DNA of 64,000 nt from an uncultured bacterium (GCA_902762495.1 CACWOL010000001.1:5548-69547); one strand, 5' to 3'. Counted from the stretch's first letter, positions 10,328 to 18,955 are shown. Notes: generated from the sequence alone by a model not told the origin. Program-made: numbers and translations.

Positions 10328-11029
10328 TCAGCCAAAGGCAAAGAGGTCTGACTCGGGAGATTCTTCCCCTTCACCATGTCCCTCGCCCGAGTGCGTATGA
10401 TTAGCGTATGTATGCCATGTGGGTTCATAACTGCTGTCAGCCTGATTTCCCCACGACACCCAATTCTCGCGCACCCCGCGGGCAAACATTTCCAAGAACG
10501 GCCCCGCACTGCATGCCTCAATGATCGGATAGATTTCATCGGGCTTGCGGGAATGCTCACGTTTCACGCTTCGCACCAAATTAACCTGGCTTCTTGCCGG
10601 AGGAAGTGTCCGGTAGCTGTCGCCTTTCACCCCAAACAAGAGGATTTCCGTGACATTGCGGAAATAGAACCCGACGCCCCGTCCATCCGGATAACCGTCC
10701 TTCCGGACTTTTTCCCAAATGATGTTCGATTTGTACTGGAAGCCCCAGGACCTCAGAACATCCAAGCCTTCGGGCAAAAGAGCGTTGGGAACCCAAAGAT
10801 ACAAATGACAGACAGAATCCGTCACGAAATCAACAGGAATTCTTTTGATGTCGTCCAAAGACATCGTAGAGTAACGGTTCAGGCGTTTATGTTCGGGCGC
10901 AACCTTTCCCGTACGGTTATTGAACTGCCAGGGAGGATCAGCCAACACAGTTCTGAACTTATGCCCCTGACAGGTGTTTAAGAAGCTCTGACAGGTGTTT
11001 TCAAAAGAATAATCGTTTTCCATCGGCAT
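10328..11029 (-). CDS. MT-A70-family N6-adenine DNA methyltransferase
   Basis: VLADPPWQF (catalytic DPPW), HLYLWVPNALLPEGL, WGFQY..IIWEK, EILLFGVKG, REHSRKPDE, LEMFARG..W..WGN. This is the typical MT-A70 motif order. Confidence 0.88.
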   Translation of the reverse strand: MPMENDYSFENTCQSFLNTCQGHKFRTVLADPPWQFNNRTGKVAPEHKRLNRYSTMSLDDIKRIPVDFVTDSVCHLYLWVPNALLPEGLDVLRSWGFQYKSNIIWEKVRKDGYPDGRGVGFYFRNVTEILLFGVKGDSYRTLPPARSQVNLVRSVKREHSRKPDEIYPIIEACSAGPFLEMFARGVRENWVSWGNQADSSYEPTWHTYANHTHSGEGHGEGEESPESDLFAFG

Positions 11030-11042
11030 AGTCGATCACCTC

Positions 11043-11693
11043 CTATTTCTGAATGCAGGCAGGCGTGATTCCGATCGCCAGAATCGGGCATCCCCCATGT
11101 CTGCGGGAATCCAATCGCGGAAGAAGCTTTCCCATCCAAGTTGTACTGGCTCCATACTTGGCTTTGACTCCCAATTCATCGAATATCTGATTCAAAGATT
11201 CCGCTCTCGTAATAATCACTCCTGCGCTGATAATGTCACATTCGTAATAGGTCCGCATTGCAAACAGGTCCCGGTCAAAAGTCTGGTCTTTACTGTTCCA
11301 CTCGAAGTCAACAGCAACACGGTTTTTCACGAAGTCGATATTATGACCGTCAATATAGTTTGAAATCGTTTTTTCATCAAACGGAATATCTGAGAAAGCA
11401 CCTTTTCTGCCCTTGCGAGGGTAGAACTTGATAATCAAATCTCCGGATATTCTGATCTCTTCCCAGCCTCGCGGCTCTAAAGAAACAGCCAGTTTCGGCG
11501 GAATTGAAGACTCGTTCCCTCCAGCTGTGGTAATGTCGGCAATCGTTATCTGAAAACTCTTCAGGGCTTGGCAGACCTCATCCCACTCAGCCGGGAATGA
11601 TTGAGACAAAATCTCGGCGGCATGATTGTAATTGAAGCACTCGTATTTTTCCAGGATCTCCGCCGGAATCCATTTTTCCAAGGTCTGCGCCAT
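11043..11693 (-). CDS. Putative type II restriction endonuclease (BglII/BamHI-like)
   Basis: 216-aa ORF 13 nt upstream of the methylase on the same strand. The segment IDFVKNRVAVDFEWNSKDQTFDRDL resembles the acidic catalytic core of BglII/BamHI-type enzymes (from memory). The assignment rests on context plus this motif. Confidence 0.6.
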   Translation of the reverse strand: MAQTLEKWIPAEILEKYECFNYNHAAEILSQSFPAEWDEVCQALKSFQITIADITTAGGNESSIPPKLAVSLEPRGWEEIRISGDLIIKFYPRKGRKGAFSDIPFDEKTISNYIDGHNIDFVKNRVAVDFEWNSKDQTFDRDLFAMRTYYECDIISAGVIITRAESLNQIFDELGVKAKYGASTTWMGKLLPRLDSRRHGGCPILAIGITPACIQK

Positions 11694-11775
11694 ATTTCCC
11701 CCAATCTTACGTTATTGATACAGTCAAAAAATAAAACCATGCTTTCGCATGATAATATGTACTTTCTTGAATCCA

Positions 11776-11813
11776 CCCGGGATGGATTTGAGGTCCATTC
11801 CGGGTAGTTTTTT
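11776..11813 (+). terminator. Orphan terminator-like hairpin with T-run on the plus strand
   Basis: Arms CCCGGGATGGA (11776-11786) and TCCATTCCGGG (11794-11804) with one mismatch and a 7-nt loop, then TAG + TTTTTT (11808-13). No plus-strand CDS ends nearby. Confidence 0.4.
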
Positions 11814-11822
11814 GCTCGCGCG

Positions 11823-11860
11823 GCGCAATCTGTCAGGTTCGAGTCCTGACAGAGTTGCGC
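11823..11860. other. Long hairpin whose apex mimics a tRNA T-arm (not a tRNA gene)
   Basis: GCGCAATCTGTCAGG-TTCGAGT-CCTGACAGAGTTGCGC, a stem of about 15 bp with one bulge. The apex TCAGG-TTCGAGT-CCTGA equals the canonical T-stem/loop. It lies 15 nt downstream of the hydA stop and at the GC-content transition. Confidence 0.5.
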
Positions 11861-11874
11861 TTTGTTACGCCGCC

Positions 11875-13617
11875 TCAGAATTTCTTTCGGGCGGTGTAGG
11901 AGGTGTGGAGGAGCTTGTGGGCCAAGTGGCTGCCGGGCTCGCCGAGGTATTCTTCGTAGAGCTTCTGGATGGACTTGTTCTGGTGGGACTTGCGGATCGG
12001 GTGATTCAGGTCGTCCTGATAGAGCGCTTCCATACGCTTGCGGATGATCTCGGTGTTACCGTGGTGGTAGGGCTGGCCGCCGCCGTCGATGCAGCCGCCG
12101 GGGCACGCCATGATCTCGATGGCGTGGTACTTGGCTTCGCCGGCTTTGATCTTCTCGAGGAGCTTGCGGGCGTTGCCGAGGCCGGAGCAGATCGCGGCTT
12201 TGAGCTTGATGCCGCCGACGTCGACTTCGGCTTCCTTGATGCCTTCGAGGCCGCGGACAGGCGTGTAGTCGATCTCCTGAACGTCCTTGCCGGAGAGGAT
12301 GTCGGCCGCGGTACGGAGCGCGGCTTCGAGCACGCCGCCGGACGTACCGAAGATGGTGGCCGCGCCGGTACCTTCTCCGAGCGGAGAATCGTATTCGGAA
12401 TCCTCGAGCTTGTCGAACTGGATGCCGGCTTCGTGGAACATCTCGGCGAGTTCACGGGTGGTGAGGACGATATCAACGTCGCGGACGCCGTCGCGGGTGA
12501 ACTCGGGACGGGCGGCCTCGTACTTCTTGGCGAGGCAGGGCATGACGGAGACGACGATGAGGTCTTCCGGCTTGATGCCGGTCTTCTCGCAGTAGTAGCT
12601 CTTGGCGATCGCGCCGAACATCTGCTGCGGGGACTTGGCCGTGGAGGGCATATAGGTAAGTTCGGGGAACTGGTGTTCGAGGAACTTGACCCAGCCGGGG
12701 CAGCAGCTGGTGAGGATCGGGAGATTCTCGTTCTTCTTGATGCGTTCGATCAGCTCGGTGCCCTCTTCCATGATGGTGAGGTCGGCGGAGAAGTTGGTGT
12801 CGAACACCTTGTCCGCGCCGAGCATCTTCAGGGCGGTGACCATCTTGCCGGTGCTGATGGAGCCGGGTTCCATGCCGAAGGCCTCGCCGATGGCGACACG
12901 GACGGCCGGAGCGGTCTGGAAGACGACGGTCTTGGACTTATCGTTGAGGGCACGCCAGACGTCGTACTTGTAGTTGATCTCGGTGAGAGCACCGACAGGG
13001 CAGGCCTGAACGCACTGGCCGCAGAAGACGCACTGGGTGTCGGCGAGCTTCTTGAGGCCAGCGGGAGCGACGACGGCGTTGAATCCGCGGCCGACGCCGG
13101 AGAGGACGCCGACGGTCTGGATGTTGTTGCAGGCGTTTTCGCAGCGGCGGCACATGATGCATTTGTCAAGGTCGCGGCGGATGGCGGCGCTGCTCTCGTC
13201 GAGCTCGTACGTGGACTGCTCGCCGCTGTACTGCAGGTTGTGGACGCCGAGCTCTTCGGCGATCTTCTGGAGTTCGCAGTTCAGGCTCTTCGGGCAGGTG
13301 AGGCAATCTTTCGGGTGGTCCGAAAGGAGCAGGTCGAGGATGGCGCGGCGCGCGTTGATGGCGCGGAGCGTGTTGGTGTGGACGACCATGCCTTCCATGA
13401 CGGGCGTGCAGCAGGCGGGGGCCAGGTTGGGGCGCTTTTCGACCTCGACGACGCAGATACGGCAGGAACCGCATCTGTGCTCGACGTGGAACGCATCCAT
13501 CTTGAAATGGCAGAGAGTCGGGATTTTGATATCGAGTTTTTCCGCGGCTTCGAGGATGGTGGAACCGGCCTCGACGGCTACGGGCTTGTTGTTGATGGTA
13601 AGATTGACTGTGCTCAT
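11875..13617 (-). CDS. hydA: [FeFe] hydrogenase catalytic subunit, HydABC (bifurcating) type
   Basis: Start chosen at ATG 13617 (MSTVNLTINNKPV). It has an N-terminal 2Fe-2S ferredoxin-like domain and several Cys clusters. All three H-cluster motifs are present: LTSCCPGWV, VMPCLAKKYEA, EIMACPGGCIDGGGQP. Confidence 0.92.
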   Translation of the reverse strand: MSTVNLTINNKPVAVEAGSTILEAAEKLDIKIPTLCHFKMDAFHVEHRCGSCRICVVEVEKRPNLAPACCTPVMEGMVVHTNTLRAINARRAILDLLLSDHPKDCLTCPKSLNCELQKIAEELGVHNLQYSGEQSTYELDESSAAIRRDLDKCIMCRRCENACNNIQTVGVLSGVGRGFNAVVAPAGLKKLADTQCVFCGQCVQACPVGALTEINYKYDVWRALNDKSKTVVFQTAPAVRVAIGEAFGMEPGSISTGKMVTALKMLGADKVFDTNFSADLTIMEEGTELIERIKKNENLPILTSCCPGWVKFLEHQFPELTYMPSTAKSPQQMFGAIAKSYYCEKTGIKPEDLIVVSVMPCLAKKYEAARPEFTRDGVRDVDIVLTTRELAEMFHEAGIQFDKLEDSEYDSPLGEGTGAATIFGTSGGVLEAALRTAADILSGKDVQEIDYTPVRGLEGIKEAEVDVGGIKLKAAICSGLGNARKLLEKIKAGEAKYHAIEIMACPGGCIDGGGQPYHHGNTEIIRKRMEALYQDDLNHPIRKSHQNKSIQKLYEEYLGEPGSHLAHKLLHTSYTARKKF

Positions 13618-13639
13618 AGTAGTGTAATGCTCCTCTCGG

Positions 13640-15481
13640 TCAGATCTTGGCGATGGCATGGAACTTGCAGGCGCCGAAGCACGCGCCGCACTTGATGCAC
13701 TTGGCCTGGTTGATGACATGTTTCATCTTCTTCTCGCCGGAAATCGCGCCGACCGGGCAGCGCTTGGCGCAGAGACCGCAACCGACGCACTTGTCGGTCA
13801 CGTTGAACTGGATGAGGTTGGCGCAGACGCCGGCGGGGCAGCGGTGGTCCTTCACGTGGGCGAGATATTCGTCTTCGAAGTTCGCGAGCGTGGAGAGAAC
13901 CGGGTTCGGGGCGGTCTGGCCGAGGCCGCAGAGGGCGGTGTCCTTGATGGTGGCGGAGAGCGTTTTGAGCTTCTCGAGGATTTCCATGTTGCCTTCGCCG
14001 GAGGTGATCTTGTTCAGGAGCTCGAGCATGCGGCGGTTGCCGACGCGGCACGGGGTGCACTTGCCGCAGGATTCGTCGGCGGTGAAGTCGAGGAAGAACT
14101 TGGCGATGTTGACCATGCAGTCGTCCTCGTCCATGACGATCATGCCGCCGGATCCCATCATGGAACCGATGGATTTGAGGGCTTCGTAGTCGATTTGGAG
14201 ATCAAGGTTTTTCTTGGTGATGCAGCCGCCGGACGGACCGCCGGTCTGCACGGCCTTGAATTCGCGGCCGTCCTTGATGCCGCCGCCGATCTCGTAGATG
14301 ATCTGACGGAGCGTCATGCCCATCGGGACTTCGGCGAGGCCGACCTTGGAGATCTTGCCGGCGAGGGCGAAGACCTTCGTGCCGGGGGAACCGGCGGTGC
14401 CAAGGCCCTTGAACCAGTCGGCGCCCTTGCGGATGATGGCCGCGATGCAGGCGTAGGTCTCGACGTTGTTGACGACGGTCGGGCGCTTCCAGAGGCCCTG
14501 GATGGCCGGGAACGGGGGCTTGAACGTGGGTTCGCCGCGCTGGCCTTCGATGGAGTGGATGAGGGCGGTTTCCTCGCCGCAGACGAACGCGCCCGCGCCG
14601 AACTTGATCTCAAGTTTGAAATCGAAGCCGCTGCCGAAGATGTTCTTGCCGAGGAAGCCCTTTTCCTCGGCCTGGGCGATGGCGTTTTCGAGGCGCTTCA
14701 CCGCGAGCGGGTATTCCGCGCGGATGTAGATGACGCCGTTGTGCGCGCCGATCGCGTAGCCGCCGATTGCCATAGCTTCGAGGACGGCGTTCGGGTCGCC
14801 TTCGAGCACGGCACGGTCCATGAATGCGCCCGGGTCGCCTTCGTCGGCGTTGCAGATGATAAACTTCTCGCCTTCGGGCTGGGCGGCCGCGAAGGACCAT
14901 TTCTTGCCGGTGGGGAAGCCCGCGCCGCCGCGGCCGCGGAGGTTGGAGGCGGAGATCACGTCGATGACTTCCTGGGGCTTCATGGAGGTGACGACCTTCG
15001 CGAGGGCGGAATAGCCGCCTTCGGCGACGTACTGATCAATGTCTTCGGGATTGATGCGGCCGGTGTTGCGGAGGACGATGCGCGCCTGGAGTTCGCCTTC
15101 GGCGGGGGATTCGTCTTCGGGATAGTACCAGCAGCGGTCGATGGTGTGGGTGCCGGTGGCCGGAGCTTCGAGGCCGGCCTGCATGATGGCGGGGATCTGG
15201 TGCGGGGTCACGTCGCCGTAGATGATGCGCTTGCCCTTGTCGTCGGTGAGCATGATGACGGGCTCGGCGTAGCAGAGGCCCATGCAGCCGACTTCGATGA
15301 CGTCGAACGCGCCGTCGAGCTTGTGCTCGGCGATGTAGTCGTTGATGGCCTTCAGGACTTCGCCGGTACCGGCGGCGATGCCGCACGTTCCCATGGAAAC
15401 GAGCAGTTTGACGGGCGCGTGCTTGCGCGCCTTGAGGGCGGCCGCGTATTCAGCGAGCGCCGCAGGAGAGTCAATTCTCAT
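13640..15481 (-). CDS. hydB: NuoF-like flavoprotein subunit of hydrogenase (HydB)
   Basis: N-terminal thioredoxin-like 2Fe-2S region, LRGRGGAGFPTGKKWSF (FMN/NADH site), SLBB/4Fe-4S region and a C-terminal 2x[4Fe-4S] (CVGCGLCAKRCP, CIKCGACFGACK). Confidence 0.92.
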   Translation of the reverse strand: MRIDSPAALAEYAAALKARKHAPVKLLVSMGTCGIAAGTGEVLKAINDYIAEHKLDGAFDVIEVGCMGLCYAEPVIMLTDDKGKRIIYGDVTPHQIPAIMQAGLEAPATGTHTIDRCWYYPEDESPAEGELQARIVLRNTGRINPEDIDQYVAEGGYSALAKVVTSMKPQEVIDVISASNLRGRGGAGFPTGKKWSFAAAQPEGEKFIICNADEGDPGAFMDRAVLEGDPNAVLEAMAIGGYAIGAHNGVIYIRAEYPLAVKRLENAIAQAEEKGFLGKNIFGSGFDFKLEIKFGAGAFVCGEETALIHSIEGQRGEPTFKPPFPAIQGLWKRPTVVNNVETYACIAAIIRKGADWFKGLGTAGSPGTKVFALAGKISKVGLAEVPMGMTLRQIIYEIGGGIKDGREFKAVQTGGPSGGCITKKNLDLQIDYEALKSIGSMMGSGGMIVMDEDDCMVNIAKFFLDFTADESCGKCTPCRVGNRRMLELLNKITSGEGNMEILEKLKTLSATIKDTALCGLGQTAPNPVLSTLANFEDEYLAHVKDHRCPAGVCANLIQFNVTDKCVGCGLCAKRCPVGAISGEKKMKHVINQAKCIKCGACFGACKFHAIAKI

Positions 15482-15520
15482 ATCGGGTAATCTCCAAGAT
15501 TAGTCGGTGGATGGGGTCGA

Positions 15521-16066
15521 TCAGTCTTTGCAGTCGTCCAGGAGGCCCTGGACCTTTTCCGGGGTCATGTGGCCGTAGACTTTGCCGTTGACCATGACGA
15601 CGGGCGCCATGCTGCATGCGCCGAGGCAGCGGAGGACGCCGAGGAAGTACTTTCCGTCGGCCGTGGTCTCGCCTTCGGAGACGCCGAGCTTGCGCTTGAG
15701 TTCGTCGACGACCTGTGCCGCGCCCTTGACGAAGCAGGCGGTGCCGGTGCAGACGTTGATGGCGTAGCGGCCGATCGGCTTGTCCGTGAAGAAGCTGTAG
15801 AAGCTGATCACGCCGTAGACTTCCGCGAGGGAGATTCCGAGACGTTCGGCGACGAACGACTGGACCTCGACGGGGAGATAGCCGAAGAGGGATTGAGCTT
15901 TGTGAAGCGTCTGGATCAGGAATCCGCGCTTACGGGTGGGGTTGTCCGCCAGGGGCAGACTCTTGATGTAGGCGTCCAGCGCCTCCATCTGGGAGGATTT
16001 GCGGGAGGACATCTCGCAAACTCCGTTCACGCAATGCATTTCACCCATGTTTGAATGAGCCTCCAA
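15521..16066 (-). CDS. hydC: NuoE-like [2Fe-2S] subunit of hydrogenase (HydC)
   Basis: VCTGTACFVKG and CLGACSMAPV Cys motifs are typical of NuoE/HydC. It is the first gene of the hydCBA order. Confidence 0.88.
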   Translation of the reverse strand: MEAHSNMGEMHCVNGVCEMSSRKSSQMEALDAYIKSLPLADNPTRKRGFLIQTLHKAQSLFGYLPVEVQSFVAERLGISLAEVYGVISFYSFFTDKPIGRYAINVCTGTACFVKGAAQVVDELKRKLGVSEGETTADGKYFLGVLRCLGACSMAPVVMVNGKVYGHMTPEKVQGLLDDCKD

Positions 16067-16295
16067 TGTAGAGAGTTAGGGATATGGTTTAAGGTTGTGA
16101 AAAGGGTCTCTGAAAAAATGTTCCGTAATATACTCCACGGATAAGAAAAAAACAAGTCTGATTCGATAAAAAAATATTGAATTCTTCGCCTTTTTTATTT
16201 AATATTTAAAATGCGACGGCCCCGGCGTACGCGTTTTTTTCACGTTGCCGGAGCCGGGTGCGGAAATACGGAGTTTTATGCCGTGTTCCGCCGTG

Positions 16296-16904
16296 TCACT
16301 GGAGCTCGTTCAGGAAGGTCGCGCTCAGGTTGTGGATGGCTTGGATCGTACCGCCGAGCGCCTGCCGTTCGTCCTCGTTCATGTCCGGGACGACTTCCTG
16401 TTCGATGGCATAGATGTTCTGCAGGGAAGATTGAGCGCGCATAACGGCGTCGGCGCGCTGCTGTTCGTTCATCCCAGCGGCAAGCTGGCCCGCGTTGGCG
16501 GTAACGGCGTTGAGGATGACGTTCACGATGCCGAGCGCGAACTTGGTCTTGTTCCTGTCCTCCTCGGACTGTTCGCGGTAGGTGTCAAGAGCCTGCCAGG
16601 CGGATTCGACGGCTTCCTCCGGCGTCTGCTCGTGAAGTTCCTTACGCTGCTCGCCTTCTCCGTTCGCATTGTTGTTCTGCTGAACGGGCGCCATACCGGA
16701 GAACGTGGAACCGATGTCGACTTTGCGGCGGACTCTCGGGCCATGACGGCGTTCGGGCGCGGGCGGTTCGACCTCGGCCACGGTCTCTTCCTCCGCGGGC
16801 GGGGGCGTACTTGTGTTCTGGAGGATCTTGATCGTGGCAACCGTCAGGAACGCGGCGAGGATGACGCCGCAGACGGCGACGATGACGACATTTCGTTTTT
16901 CCAT
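16296..16904 (-). CDS. Hypothetical membrane-anchored protein, paralog B
   Basis: 202 aa with an N-terminal TM helix, a Pro/Glu-rich linker and a helical C-terminal domain that aligns with the neighbouring ORF (for example NAGQLAAGMNEQQRAD vs NAGQFIQQMSPEQRDR). Confidence 0.6.
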   Translation of the reverse strand: MEKRNVVIVAVCGVILAAFLTVATIKILQNTSTPPPAEEETVAEVEPPAPERRHGPRVRRKVDIGSTFSGMAPVQQNNNANGEGEQRKELHEQTPEEAVESAWQALDTYREQSEEDRNKTKFALGIVNVILNAVTANAGQLAAGMNEQQRADAVMRAQSSLQNIYAIEQEVVPDMNEDERQALGGTIQAIHNLSATFLNELQ

Positions 16905-16930
16905 GGGGACTGTTTCCCTTTTTCGTCAGC

Positions 16931-17524
16931 TCAGAAGATCGCGGAGTTCAGCAGGGATTCGTTGAGGTTTCGCATGGACTGGAACACGCCGCCGAACACC
17001 TGTGCCTCTTCGGGCGTTATGTCATACATCATCTCCTCCTGCACGGCGGAGAGAAGTTCAAGCGAGGTCCCGGCGGAGTTGACGAGGCGGTCGCGCTGTT
17101 CCGGGCTCATCTGCTGGATGAACTGGCCGGCGTTCTGCGAGATGCCGTTCATGAACCCCGCGGCGATGTTCATGACCATGGCCATCTGCTGTTTTTCCTG
17201 CGGAGAGGCTTCGCGGTAGGAGGCGAGGATATCCCTGGCGGCGTCGACGGCTTCCTCGCGGGTGGGCATGTTCTGTCCCTGCATCGGGTTCATGGTGTTG
17301 ATGCTGGAGTTGAGGTCGCGTCTCTGACGCTGGCGGCGCGGCTGCGGAGCGGGTTCCTCGACGACGGGTTCGGGTTCTTCGACGACGGGTTCCTCGACGA
17401 CCACGACCGGGGTCGGCGCGACTTTGTCCTTGTGATTCTTCAGCAGGATGAATCCGCCGACGACGAGAGCGGCGGCCAGGATGAGGACGACGGGCAGGAT
17501 GACGGTATTCTTGTTCATGATCAA
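16931..17524 (-). CDS. Hypothetical membrane-anchored protein, paralog A
   Basis: 197 aa with the same architecture as 16296-16904. The C-termini align (VFGGVFQSMRNLNESLLN vs ALGGTIQAIHNLSATFLN). Confidence 0.6.
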   Translation of the reverse strand: MIMNKNTVILPVVLILAAALVVGGFILLKNHKDKVAPTPVVVVEEPVVEEPEPVVEEPAPQPRRQRQRRDLNSSINTMNPMQGQNMPTREEAVDAARDILASYREASPQEKQQMAMVMNIAAGFMNGISQNAGQFIQQMSPEQRDRLVNSAGTSLELLSAVQEEMMYDITPEEAQVFGGVFQSMRNLNESLLNSAIF

Positions 17525-17557
17525 ATTCCTTTTACGTTTTTTTTGTTATGCTACACT

Positions 17558-17586
17558 ACTAAACCACGTTTCCCGCGCATTGTCAA
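17558..17586 (-). promoter_or_regulatory. Candidate promoter for 16931-17524
   Basis: Minus strand reads TTGACA (17586-17581), 17-nt spacer, TTTAGT (17563-17558). A T9-CG-A6 palindrome lies just upstream at 17597-17615. Confidence 0.4.
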
Positions 17587-17684
17587 GCAGAAATATCTTT
17601 TTTTTTCGAAAAAAGATCTTTTTGACTGTGCGAAACGGAGAGGAATCCTCGTGCAGTTGATTGATTGTCGGAAATGTTTTGTGT

Positions 17685-18551
17685 TCAGGCGAGTTCGGCG
17701 GGATCGGCTTCCAGGGAAGGCTCCACGCCCTCGCTTGCCTTGATGTACTGGCCGCAGAGGTAGCAGTTGCAGAAGAGATAGCAGAAGCACAGCGCGAGCA
17801 GCGAGAAGATGATGCAGACCGAGAGCAGGATCCACGCGATGAGCGGCGGGCACTGGCTGGAGATGGCCCTGAAGATCGCATTGGAGCCGAAAACGAGGCA
17901 GAAAACCCAGTAAACGATCACCAGCATGCCGACGATCCCGAGCAGGAATTCCTTCCAGATCTTCAGCAGGAGCAGGACGGAGCGCCAGAGCATCTTGAAT
18001 GGATTGACGGTCTTGTCACGAGTCAGCACGGGGATCACGATGCACATGGAGACGACCCACATGATGTTCACCGGGGTGATCAGCAGGGACCAGGTCACCA
18101 GACTCCAGAAGTGGGAGGCGGCGGTGCGCCAGCCGCGTTTGAACTCGGCTTTCTGCCCGTTCCATACGCGGATAATCTCACTGTCCAGCGTGAGCAGCAG
18201 GAAATTCGAAATGAAAGTGCCGAAGAACTGGATGGTCAGTGCGACAGCAAGCAATATGACCTTGTGCTCCTGTTGATTGTAAAACGCGTTGAATTCCTCA
18301 TGCGTACGGCACGGCTGCCCCATCAGAGCAGGATAGAGAAAGAAGCTGCCGAGGAACAGTCCGATGTAGAACACCTGGAGCAGGAGGTTCACGGAGGCCA
18401 GGTTGAGCAGTACGGAGTCGCGGACGGAGATCATGAGTGCGTTTTTCAGCATTCTGCTAACTGAGGAGACTGTAGATTCGGGCTTGACGGGCGCGGGCAC
18501 GTCGGCGATCAAAGTATCGGAAGAAATCATGGAAGGAGACCTTTCATTCAT
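17685..18551 (-). CDS. Polytopic membrane protein, unknown function
   Basis: 288 aa with several hydrophobic segments. Its start overlaps the stop of the GntR gene by 4 nt, implying co-transcription. Confidence 0.6.
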   Translation of the reverse strand: MNERSPSMISSDTLIADVPAPVKPESTVSSVSRMLKNALMISVRDSVLLNLASVNLLLQVFYIGLFLGSFFLYPALMGQPCRTHEEFNAFYNQQEHKVILLAVALTIQFFGTFISNFLLLTLDSEIIRVWNGQKAEFKRGWRTAASHFWSLVTWSLLITPVNIMWVVSMCIVIPVLTRDKTVNPFKMLWRSVLLLLKIWKEFLLGIVGMLVIVYWVFCLVFGSNAIFRAISSQCPPLIAWILLSVCIIFSLLALCFCYLFCNCYLCGQYIKASEGVEPSLEADPAELA

Positions 18552-18955
18552 TTGTTGTTTTTCGTGGTGGCGGCGTGTTTCGCGGCCAGGTAGTCGGTAA
18601 CGTCCTGTTCCGAAATGCCGAACATCCCGGCGGACGTGACCAGCGAGGAGAACAGGGTATCAAGATGGTACTGTTTTTCCTCGTCGGTGAGCGTGTGGCG
18701 GGCGTCGTCGCGCTCGGCGACGAAACATCCCATGCCGCGGCGCGTTTCAATCAGTCCGGCAAGTTCGAGTTCGCGGTACGCTTTTGCGACCGTGTTCGGG
18801 TTCACATTCAGTTCGGCGGTTACGTCGCGGATCGACGGGATCTTTTCCCCCGGGGAAAGCGCCCCGGAGAGGATCTTCCCGGAGAGCAGCTGGACGATCT
18901 GCCGGTAGATCGGGACCCCCGATGAAAAATTCAAGGTCAATTCGGAAACATTCAT
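18548..18955 (-). CDS. GntR-family (YtrA-like short) transcriptional regulator
   Basis: PIYRQIVQLLSGKILSGALSPGEKIPSIRDVTAELNVNPNTVAKAYRELELAGLIETRRGMGCFV is a typical GntR winged HTH. The short 135-aa length fits the YtrA subfamily. Confidence 0.88.
   Translation of the reverse strand: MNVSELTLNFSSGVPIYRQIVQLLSGKILSGALSPGEKIPSIRDVTAELNVNPNTVAKAYRELELAGLIETRRGMGCFVAERDDARHTLTDEEKQYHLDTLFSSLVTSAGMFGISEQDVTDYLAAKHAATTKNNK

Noticed and set aside
8310-11815. Calling the AT-rich island a prophage, ICE or transposon.
   Set aside because: I see no integrase, recombinase, transposase, terminal inverted repeats or flanking direct repeats. Only compositional evidence and cargo type support foreign origin, so it is reported as an island, not as a mobile_element feature.
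11823-11860. Possible tRNA gene, because of GGTTCGAGTCC.
   Set aside because: Only a T-arm-like hairpin is present. There is no acceptor-stem partner (AACTCTG is absent upstream), no D-arm and no anticodon arm. I kept it as a hairpin and possible att remnant only.
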